The notes under the pieces are model-generated. The model saw nothing but the letters and a program-made list of their open reading frames with translations. It ran no database searches and was not told the DNA's origin. Made by a program: the position numbers and the translations under genes. A stretch of DNA of 63,635 nt, the filler included, from Chiloscyllium plagiosum (taxonomy: Eukaryota), in the NCBI RefSeq assembly GCF_004010195.1. It is 5 parts of one record of this genome, joined end to end, with 100 filler letters (N's around TTAATTAATTAA, not from the genome) between each part and the next. Parts side by side here need not be neighbours in the genome. Positions count along the whole stretch, not along the records: positions 53,975 to 62,091 come from NC_057710.1; positions 62,192 to 63,635 come from NC_057710.1; 3 more parts are not named here. One strand, 5' to 3'. Positions 53,975 to 63,635 of this stretch are shown here, in pieces (the first letter of the stretch is position 1; each line of letters starts with the position of its first letter).

Positions 53975-54385
53975 TACAGGACATTGGTTAGGCCACTGTT
54001 GGAATATTGTGTGCAATTCTGGTCTCCTTCCTATCGGAAAGATGTTGTGAAACTTGAAAGGGTTCAGAAAAGATTTACAAGGATGTTGCAAGGGTTGGAG
54101 GATTTGAGCTATAGGGAGAGGCTGAACAGGCTGGGGCTGTTTACCCTGGAGCGTCAGAGGCTGAGGGGTGACCTTATAGAGGTTTACAAAATTATAAGGG
54201 GCATGGCTAGGGTAAATAGGCAAAGTCTTTTCCCTGGGGTCGGAGTCCAGAACTAGAGGGCATAGGTTTAGGGTGAGAGGGGAAAAGATATAAAAGAGAC
54301 CATAAGGGGCAACCTTTTCACACAGAGAGTGGTACGTGTATGGAATGAGCTGCCAGAGGAAGTGGTGGAGGCTGGTACAATTGCA
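53975..54385 (+). mobile_element. CR1 3' fragment
   Basis: [17 protein letters not shown]. Confidence 0.9.
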
Positions 54386-55475
54386 ACCTCACCTACCTCC
54401 AAATCGGACACCTGGCTGGGTTCATTACCCAGTACCAAATCTAATGTGGCCTCACCCCTTATTGACCTGTGTACATACTGTGTCAGAAAACCCTCCTGCA
54501 TGCAATAGACAAAAACTGACCCATCTGAAGTATTTGAACATCTAAAATACATCTACAGCATTCCCAGTCAATATTTGGGAAGTTGAAGTCCCCCATAACA
54601 ACTACCCTGTCACTCTCACTCCTACTGAGAATCATCTTTGCTATATTTTCTTCTGCATCTCTGGAACTATTCAGAGGTCTATAGAAAACTCCCAACAGGG
54701 TGACCTCTCTTTTCTGTTTCTAATCTCAGCCCATACTACCTCCGTTGACAAATCCTCAAACGTCCTTTCTGCAGCTGTAATACTGCTCTTGACTAACAAT
54801 GCTATACCCTTACCTCTTTTACCATCTTCTCTGTTCTTACTGAAACATCTAAATCTCAGAATCTGCAACAACCATTCCTGTCCCTCCCCTACCCATGTCT
54901 CTGAAATGGCCACAAAATTGAAATCCCTGGAACCGACCCACACTTCAAACCAACCTTTTCCTTTCCAGTGCTCTCTTGCGTTTCTGAAACCTTATTTCGG
55001 ACCTCCCTCTCTCAACCTCTTCTGTATTTGAACTACAGTTTGGGTTCCCATCCCCCTGCTGAAGTTTAAACCCACATGAAGAGCATTACCAAATTTCCAC
55101 CCCCAGGATATTGGTTCAGGTGAAGACCATCCTGTTTGCAGAGGTCCCACCTACCCCAGAAAAAGCCCCAATTATCCAGGAATCTAAAACCCTCCCTCCT
55201 GCACCATCCCTGTAGCCACGTGTTCAACTCCTCTCTCCCTATTTCTCGCCTCACTAGCAACTAACCAGAGATAACAACTCAGTTTGTTCTAGCACTAAGC
55301 TTCCACCCTAGCTCCCTGAATTTCTGCCTTAAATTCACCATCTCTCTTCCTACCTATGTCGCTGGTGCCTATGTGGACCCTCACCTGCAAAGATCCCAAA
55401 AACACAGTCAGAGACATCACGAACCCTGGTACCTGGGAGGCAACACACCAACCATGTGTCTCTCTCGTCCCTACA
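54386..55475 (-). mobile_element. CR1 ORF1 SGNH-esterase and ORF2 APE fragment
   Basis: LQGWCRREGFRF...DGLHLN (ORF1 esterase); VAISETW, GVFYRP, VMGDFN, ATLDLVL (APE). Confidence 0.88.
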
Positions 55476-55477
55476 GA

Positions 55478-57270
55478 ACCTTGGAGTGCAGGTTCATAGC
55501 TCCTTGAAAGTGGAGTCGCAGGTAGATAGGATAGTGAAGAAGGCGTTTGGTATGCTTTCCTTTATTGGTCAGAGTATTGAGTACAGGAGTTGGGAGGTCA
55601 TGTTGCGGCTGTACAGGACATTGGTTAGGCCACTGTTGGAATATTGCGTGCAATTCTGGTCTCCTTCCTATCGGAAAGATGTTGTGAAACTTGAAAGGGT
55701 TCAGAAAGGATTTACAAGGATGTTGCCAGGGTTGGAGGCAGAGAGTAGTAGTTGAAGGGAGTTTCTCGTAATGGAGAAAGGTGACCAGTGGTGCTCCACA
55801 GGAATCAGTGCTGGGGCCACTGTTGTTTGTGATAAACATAAATGATCTGGAAGAGGGCACTGTTGGTATGATCAGCAAGTTTGCAGATGACACGAAGATT
55901 GGTGGAGTAGCAGAAAGCATAAGGGACTGTCAAAGAATACAGGAGGAGACTGGAGAGTCGGGCAGAAAGGTGGCAGATGGTTTTTAATCCAGACAAATGT
56001 GAGGTGATGCATTTAGACAAGACTAATTCGAGAGCAAATTATAGGAAGAGCCTTGGGAAAAGTTGATGGGCAGAGGGATCTGGGAGTGAGGGTCCATTGT
56101 ACCCTGAAGGTTGCTGCACAGGTGGATAGAGTGGTCAAGAAGGCATATAGTATGCTTGCCTTCATTGGACGTGGTACTGAGTATAAGAACTGGCAAGTCA
56201 TGTTAACATTGTACAAGACATTGGTTCGGCCGGATTTAGAATACTGTGTACAGTTCTGGTCGCCACATTACCAAAAGGATGTGGACACGATGGAGAGGGT
56301 GCAGAGAAGGTTTACGAGGATGTTAGGAGAAAGTGAGGACTGCAGATGCTGGAGATCAGAGTCAAGAGTATGGTGCTGGAAAAGCACAGCAGGTCAGGCA
56401 GCATCCAAGGAGCAGGAGAATCAACGCTTCGGGCATAAGCCCTTCTATTGAGGATGTTGCTTGGCATGGAAGGTGCGAGCTATGAAGAGAGGTTGAGTAG
56501 GTTAGGTTTATTTTCATTAGAAAAAGGGAGATTGAGGGGGGGACCTGATTGAGGTTTATAAAATCATGAAGGGTGTAGACCGGGTGGATAGAGACAAGCT
56601 TTTTCCCAGGGTGAGGGGCATGGATAGGGTAAATAGATAAAGTCTTTTCCCTGGGGTGGGGGAGTCCAGAACTAGAGGGTATAGGTTTAGGGGGAGAGGG
56701 GAAAGATATAAAAGAGACCTAAGGGGTAACTTTTTCACACAGAGGTTGGTACGTGTGTGGAATGAGCTGCCAGAGGATGTGGTGGAGGCTGGTACAAGAT
56801 TAGATTAGATTCCCTACAGTGTGGAAACAGGCCCTTTGGCCCAACTGACCCTCCGAAGAGTAACCCACCCAGACCCATTTCCCTCTGACTAATTTAGCAT
56901 GGCCAATCCACCTGACCTGCACATCTTTGGACTGTGAGAGGAAACTGGAGCACCCGGAGGAAACCCACACAGACATGGAGAGAATGTGCAAACTCCACAC
57001 AGACAGTCGCCCGAGGCTGGAATCGAACCTGGGATACTGGTGCTGTGAGGTAGCTGTGCTAACCACTGAGCCACTGTGCCGCCCCTAACAATCACAATAA
57101 TTACAACATTTAAGAGGCATTTGGATGGGTATATGAATAGGAAGGGTTTGGAGGGATATGGGCCGGGTGCTGGCAGGTGGGATTAGATTGGGTTGGGGTA
57201 TCTGGTTGGCATGGATGGGTTGGACCGAAGGGTCTGTTTCCGTGCTGTACATCTCTATGACTGTATGACT
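55478..57270 (+). mobile_element. Mosaic of CR1 ORF2/3' fragments with nested pLTR (56325-56449) and HE1 SINE (56798-57085, minus strand)
   Basis: [11 protein letters not shown] and repeated [14 protein letters not shown] segments; tail at 57254-57270. Confidence 0.85.
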
Positions 57271-57439
57271 CTAAATTGCCCATAATGTTCAGGGGTGTGT
57301 AGACTAGATGTGTTAGCCATGGGAAATGCGGGGTTACAGGGATGGGGAGGGGTGGGATGTCCTTCGGAGGGTTGCTGTGGGTTCCTTGGTCCTAATGGCC
57401 TGTTTCCATGCTGTTGGGATTCTAACAAGGAGGGAAGGA

Positions 57440-58735
57440 TCATTCTGATGGATGGAGTGGAGCAGAGGTGTTCCATAAAGCAGTCAGCCGGTCTCCCCAG
57501 TGTAATGGAGAACCACACCGTGAGCACCAATGATAGACCGAAAGGAATAAAAGTCAAACGCTGCTTCACCGGGTGGGTGTGTTTGGGGCCTTGGGACAGC
57601 GAGGAGGTGAATGGGGAAGTGTTACACCTTCTGCGACTGCGTGGGAAGGTGCCGTGGGAAACGCTAGGGAGTGATGGAGAGCTCAGGGAGGGAGAGATCC
57701 CTCCGGAATACTGACGAGGGCGGGGAGGGGAGGGGAAGATGTGGTGGCATCCTGCTGGAGATGGCAGAGGTTGATCCTTGAACATGGAGACTAGGGGATG
57801 GAAAATAAAGACAAGGGGAGCCCCAGCATCGTGCTTGGATGAGGTGAAGGGGCCTTGGACACAGCTGAGGGACCCTGTCAAACCTCCCCTGAGGATAAAA
57901 GGTGGACATTTTGGACACAGCTGTGTGGAAAGTGGCATCTTCAGAACCGAAGTGAGAGATTGGTGAGAGTGGGATGGAATCCTTACAGGAACGTCACTGC
58001 GAGGTAATGGCAGATGGTGGGCTTGGAGTAGGTATTGAGGACCAGCCTGTCCCCAGAAACGGAGTGATGTGGAGGAAGGGACAGGAGGAGGAGTCAAGAG
58101 ATGGTCCAGGCCAACGTGAGGGTGGGGTGGAAATCGGAAGCAAAATTGATAAACTTTCCCCACTCCGGATGAGGGAGGGAAACCAGTAGAAGGTTGATGA
58201 TGTCACTGGTATACGGGCGAGAGAGTTGTGGGCCGGAGGTCTGGAATAGGACTGGAACAAGGAATGATTCACGCACCCCACCTCCCCCACCCCTCGGACA
58301 TGCAGGCATAACGGCGACTAGGCAGGGCCTCCCCTCTGACCCGAAGAAAGTGAGAGGGGTGGAAAGAGACGTTGTTGAGGGTGAGAATGAGAGCGGCCAG
58401 GCGGAGGAGGGGGCTGGTGGGTGGGGACGGTTCAGGCCTTTGCTCCGAGAGGGGACCATCCTGGTGCGGGAAGGACGTGTGAAGGAATTGCACCTCCATG
58501 GGAAAGGGGAGGGGGCTCGCTCCCAAAAAAACCAGGGAATTGTGGACCCCAATGTGAAGTGTCGGAGCAATCACGGAGAGTGAACAGAGAAGGAGAGCTA
58601 GGAATGGGAGAGGGAGCAGGCCGAAGCAGGGTGTGCTCCTGGCCGCCCTCCTCCTGGCATTTGGGAAGTGTGTAGAAACGGAGGTTGGGAGGCTATGAGC
58701 TGGGAGAAGATGGACAAGACACATCTAAAGGACAG
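57440..58735 (-). mobile_element. Decayed Penelope-like element RT + GIY-YIG remnant
   Basis: MEVQFLHTSFPHQDG...LRLAALILTLNNVSF (PLE RT); GTFP.....CNT.PFTSSL.QGPK...ADCFMEHL (linker and GIY-YIG). Confidence 0.85.
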
Positions 58736-58761
58736 GTCAGGCAGCATCCAGGGAACAGGAG

Positions 58762-58797
58762 ATTCGACGTTTCGGGCACAGGCCCTTCCTCAGGAAT
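58762..58797 (-). ncRNA. Minimal type-I hammerhead ribozyme, intact core
   Basis: AUUC-CUGAGGA-A-GGGC(CUGU)GCCC-GAAAC-GUC^GAAU: stem I 4 bp, stem II 4 bp, palindromic ACGU. Confidence 0.8.
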
Positions 58798-59364
58798 GAG
58801 CAGAGAGTGTTTTTGTCAGTAACAATCCCTGTGTTCAATGGTGGGATTACGATCCAGGGCTGACAACTGGCACTGTAAAGGTCAGCACGCCAAGTGAAAC
58901 AGCCTCCCACCTTCCCTGCAGGTTTAATAACAAGGCCCAGGGTTGGTTCTGAGAGCTCAGACTGCAGTCAGTTCAGAAGGAGATCACTTAGAGTGAGGGC
59001 AGCAGAGCAATGATGGCAGCCAGTGTTGGGTTAGCCGATGGACCCCTCCCCCTTTACTGAGCGTGTGCTGTTAGTAACATGGAGATGCATGTGGGCTGTA
59101 CGTATGTATCGGTCTGGGGGTTAGAGTGAATGGGCGAGCTAAAGTCTTTATATTCCAGCAGGGATGTAACGCAGGGAGGGCAGAGAGAGAGAGTGTATGT
59201 GCTGCAGTGTTACTGTGTGCACTGAGGCATGGTGCAGCTAATTCACTCGGACACCTCCACTCACACAAATCCAAACATGGAGATACTCTGCTCACTGACC
59301 GCTCCCTGAACTCAGGCTCCACGTTCTCCACTCCTGGAGACATTGCAATGCGCACAGTCCTCAC

Positions 59365-62091
59365 TGTGTGGGTCAGCCCTGGGGTAATGCCCCCAGCTGG
59401 GGTAATACCCCATCTGTGGGTCAGCCCTGGAGTAATCCCCCTGGCTGTGGGTCAGCCCTGGGGTAATCCCCCCGTCTGTGGGTCAGCCCTGGGGTAGTCC
59501 CCCTATCTGTGGGTCAGCCATGGGGTAATTCCTCAGTCTGTGGGTCAACCCCGGGGTAATCCCCCTGTCTGGGGTAATGCCCCTGTCTGGGGTAATGCCC
59601 CTGTCTGTGGGTCTAGCCTGGGGTAATCCCCCTGTCTGTGGGTCAGCTCTGGGGTAGTCCCCCTATCTGTGGGTCAGCCCTGGGGTAATGACCCTGTCTC
59701 GGTTAATCCCCCTGTCTGGGGTAATGCCGCTGTCTGAGGTAATCCCCCCGTCTGGGGTAATGCCCCTGTCTGGGGTAATGACCCTGTCTCGGTTAATCCC
59801 CCTATCTGGGGTAATCCCCCTGTCTGGGGTAATCCCCCCGTCTGGGGTAATGCCCCTGTCTGGGGTAATGACCCTGTCTCGGTTAATCCCCCTGTCTGGG
59901 GTAATGCCCCTGTCTGGGGTAATGCCGCTGTCTGAGGTAATCCCCCCGTCTGGGGTAATGCCCCTGTCTGGGGTAATGACCCTGTCTCGGTTAAACCCCC
60001 TGTCTGGGGTAATGCCCCTGTCTGGGGTAATGCCGCTGTCTGAGGTAATCCCCCTGTCTGGGGTAATGCCCCTGTCTGGGGTAATGACCCTGTCTCGGTT
60101 AATCCCCCTGTCTGGGGTAATCCCCCTGTCTGGGGTAATCCCCCTGTCTGTGGGTCAGCTCTGGGGTAATGCCCATGTCTAGGGTAATGCCCCTATCCGG
60201 GGTAATGTCCCTGTCTGGGGTAATCACCCTGTCTGGGGTAATCCCCCTGTATGAGGTAATCCCTCTGTCTGTGGTAATACCCCTGTCTGCAGTCATGTTC
60301 CTGTCTTGGGTAATTCCCCTGTCTGGGGTAATGCCCCTGTCTGGGGTAATTCCCCTGTCTGGGGTAATGCCCCTGTCTGTGTGTCTGGCCTGGGGTAATG
60401 CCCCTGTCTGGGGTAATGCCCCTGTCTGTGGGTCTGGCCTGGGGTAATCCCTCTGTCTGGGGTAATGCCCCTGTCTGGGGTAATGCCCCTGTCTGGGGTA
60501 ATCCCCCTGTCTGGGGAAATGCCCCTGTCTGAGGTAATCCCCCTTTCTGTGGGTCAGCCCTGGGGTAATGCCCATGTCTAGGGTAATGCCCCTGTATGGG
60601 GTAATGCCCCTGTCTGGGGTAATGCCCCTGTCCGGGGTAATGCCCCTATCCGGGGTAATGTCCCTGTCTGAGGTAATCACCCTGTCTGGGGTAGTCACCC
60701 TGTCTGGGGTAATGTCTCTGTATGAGGTAATCCCTCTGTCTGGGGTGATACCCCTGTCTGCAGTAATGTTCCTGTCTTGGGTAATGCCCCTGTCTGGGGT
60801 AATGCCCCTGTCTCAGTTAACGCCCCTGTCTGGGGTATTTCCCCGTCTGTTGGTCAGCTCTGGGGTAATCTCCCTGACTGGGGTAATGCCCCTGTCTGGG
60901 GTAATGCCCCTGTCTGGGGTAATCCCCCTGACTGGGGTAATGCTCCTGTCTCAGTTAATGCCCCTGACTGGGGTAATCCCTCAGTCTGTGGGTCAGCCTT
61001 GGGGTAATCCCCCTTCTGTGGGTCAACCCTGGGGTAATCCCTCAGTCTGTGGGTCAACCCTGGGGTAATCGCTCAGCCTGTGGGTCAGCCTTGGGGTAAT
61101 CCCCCTGTCTGTGGGTCAACCCTGGGGTAATCCCCCTTCTGTGGGTCAACCCCGGGGTAATCTCTCAGTCTGTGGGTCAACCCTGGGGTAATCGCTCAGT
61201 CTGTGGGTCAACCCTGGGGTAATCCCCCTTCTGTGGGTCAACCCTGGGGTAATCCCTCAGTCTGTGGGTCAACCCCGGGGTAATCCCTCAGTCTGTGGGT
61301 CAACCCTGGGGTAATCCCTCAGTCTGTGGGTCAACCCCGGGGTAATCTCTCAGTCTGTGGGTCAACCCTGGGGTAATCCCTCAGTCTGTGGGTCAACCCC
61401 GGGGTAATCTCTCAGTCTGTGGGTCAACCCTGGGGTAATCCCTCAGTCTGTGGGTCAACCCCGGGGTAATCTCTCAGTCTGTGGGTCAACCCTGGGGTAA
61501 TCCCTCAGTCTGTGGGTCAACCCCGGGGTAATCTCTCAGTCTGTGGGTCAACCCTGGGGTAATCCCTCAGTCTGTGGGTCAACCCCGGGGTAATCTCTCA
61601 GTCTGTGGGTCAACCCTGGGGTAATCCCTCAGTCTGTGGGTCAACCCCGGGGTAATCTCTCAGTCTGTGGGTCAACCCTGGGGTAATCCCTCAGTCTGTG
61701 GGTCAACCCCGGGGTAATCTCTCAGTCTGTGGGTCAACCCTGGGGTAATCCCTCAGTCTGTGGGTCAACCCCGGGGTAATCTCTCAGTCTGTGGGTCAAC
61801 CCTGGGGTAATCCCTCAGTCTGTGGGTCAACCCCGGGGTAATCTCTCAGTCTGTGGGTCAACCCTGGGGTAATCGCTCAGTCTGTGGGTCAACCCTGGGG
61901 TAATCGCTCAGTCTGTGGGTCAACCCTGGGGTAATCGCTCAGTCTGTGGGTCAACCCTGGGGTAATCGCTCAGTCTGTGGGTCAACCCTGGGGTAATCGC
62001 TCAGTCTGTGGGTCAACCCTGGGGTAATCGCTCAGTCTGTGGGTCAACCCTGGGGTAATCGCTCAGTCTGTGGGTCAACCCTGGGGTAATC
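59365..62091. repeat. Compound satellite: 18-bp (tctggggtaatgcccctg) and 31-bp (tctgtgggtcaaccctggggtaatccctcag) units with a 62-bp higher-order dimer
   Basis: Periodicities read directly; the array runs into a scaffold spacer. Confidence 0.97.
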
Positions 62092-62191
62092 NNNNNNNNN
62101 NNNNNNNNNNNNNNNNNNNNNNNNNNNNNNNNNNNTTAATTAATTAANNNNNNNNNNNNNNNNNNNNNNNNNNNNNNNNNNNNNNNNNNNN

Positions 62192-62630
62192 AATCCCTCT
62201 TGTTATGAAGGTCAGCATGCTATTAGCCTTCTTCACTACCTGCTGTACCTGCATGCTTACCTTCATTGACTGGTGTACAAGAACACCCAGATCTCTCTGT
62301 ACTGCCCCTTTACCTAAATTGATTCCATTTAGGTAGTAATCTGCCTTCCTGTTCTTGCCACCAAAGTGGAAAACCATACATTTATCCACATTAAACTGCA
62401 TCTGACCACCCACTTAACTTGTCCAGGTCACCCTGTAATCTCCTAACATCCTCATCACATTTCACCCTGCCACCCAGCTTAGTATCATCAGCAAATTTGC
62501 TAATGTTATTGCTAAGGGATGTGGGCCAGGTGCTGGTAGGTGGGACTAGATTGGGTTGGGATATCTGGTCGGCAAGGACAGGTTGGACCGAAGGGTCTGT
62601 TTTCCATGCTGTACATCTCTATGACTCTAT
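62192..62630. mobile_element. CR1 fragments (minus 62192-62515; plus 3' tail 62515-62630)
   Basis: MQFNVDKC..FHFG..N, QRDLGVLV; ctctatgactcta tail. Confidence 0.85.
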
Positions 62631-63486
62631 CTAAGATTTAACCATCCCACCCCACAATGATTATCACTGTATGTTTTTGATAAGCTCACATTATTTTTTT
62701 TCTTTATGATTCATCCTACCATGTGATTACTGTTCGGTGGTTTGTATATTGTTACCTCATTTCCACATGGGACTTCTTCCGTTTAGGATTGCTCATCTGG
62801 TATTTCAACTCCACATCCCTGCCTATACCAATACCCTTTCAGCCCCCTTTCTGTTTACATGAGAGTCATTCACCTTTGTTGGTCGCAACCAAAATCACTG
62901 ATTGACAGTCAAAGGTTTGGGCTTACCTTTATGAATTATAGTGAACGATATGGCTAATAACAAAATAGATTATTTCCCTTTGACTTCACTGAACTAAATC
63001 CCCCAAGATCCTTTATTCACAGTTGTTAAACTCACAAAGTTACCCCTCGGTTGGGACATGCAGTAGTGGGTTGAGTATTCTGAAGGCTCGATGAAATGTT
63101 TTCCCTGTTGACTCCGTCTGCTGTGTTGTGTCTTCTCTGGTAAAAGTCCTTGGGACTGTACCTTTTTGTTGCGATATACGACTTCCTTTGGTCCTAGTTG
63201 TAGAGACAGATGCTGCTTTGATGTACGGATTTTATAGATCTGTGTGCTTCTCGTTTCTTCTATCCTTTTTGAGGTTGTTCTCGTTGTATGGTTTTCTGAC
63301 TGCTTTGCTCAGTCGGCAAATAAAAAACAAAAATTGCCTTGATTGGTCCCCTGGACAGAATCTTCTTTTGAATGCTTATTACTTTTCCACCTCTTATCTA
63401 GCTGTATTGCTGGATAATGGAAACTCCTGATCTTGAATATTATATAATGTGTGAACTGCCTTCTGGTAGGCTCTGATGTCTTCTTT

Positions 63487-63635
63487 CTGGATTAGTGGTG
63501 CTGGAAGAGCACAGCAATTCAGGCAGCATCCGAGGACAGGCAAAATCGACGTTTCGGGCAAAAGCCCTTCATCAGGAATAAAGGCAGAGAGCCTGAAGCA
63601 TGGAGAGATAAGCTAGAGGAGGGTGGGAGTGGGGA
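63487..63635 (-). mobile_element. Penelope pLTR with hammerhead motif (63544-63579), truncated by the window end
   Basis: Minus strand AUUC-CUGAUGA-A-GGGC(UUUU)GCCC-GAAAC-GUC^GAUU. Confidence 0.8.

Noticed and set aside
58850..59363. Possible minus-strand exons (RTVRIAMSPGVENVEPEFRER...)
   Set aside because: The acceptor is formed by the satellite edge, several splice paths are equally plausible, and no protein is recognisable; unsupported without RNA data.
59688..61068. Repetitive SGVMPL / DRGITP ORFs
   Set aside because: In-frame translation of the 18-bp satellite; no splice or domain evidence.

Overview
Eukaryotic, repeat-rich vertebrate genomic DNA. The HE1-type tRNA-derived SINEs, CR1/HER1-type LINEs and Penelope-like elements point to a shark/elasmobranch; the species is an inference only. 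Two recognisable genes lie tail-to-tail. TEX261 (+) has exon 1 at 6464; exons 2-5 appear twice in a ~6.48 kb tandem duplication, and the last coding exon is not visible. CCT7 (-) is complete: 12 coding exons, 45867->25879, 544 aa. The left end carries probable 3' exons of an unidentified coiled-coil gene. The rest is CR1 fragments, a decayed Tx1-like LINE, a Tigger-like MITE, Penelope remnants, several minisatellites, N-gaps and four artificial TTAATTAATTAA scaffold spacers. The most interesting non-genic signal is a dispersed family of minimal type-I hammerhead ribozyme motifs carried by Penelope pseudo-LTRs. At least two copies have intact cores (58762-58797 and 63544-63579, both minus strand), and several sit in short fold-back or TSD-flanked insertions. 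PLE hammerheads are a known class, so I see no evidence here for a wholly new system.
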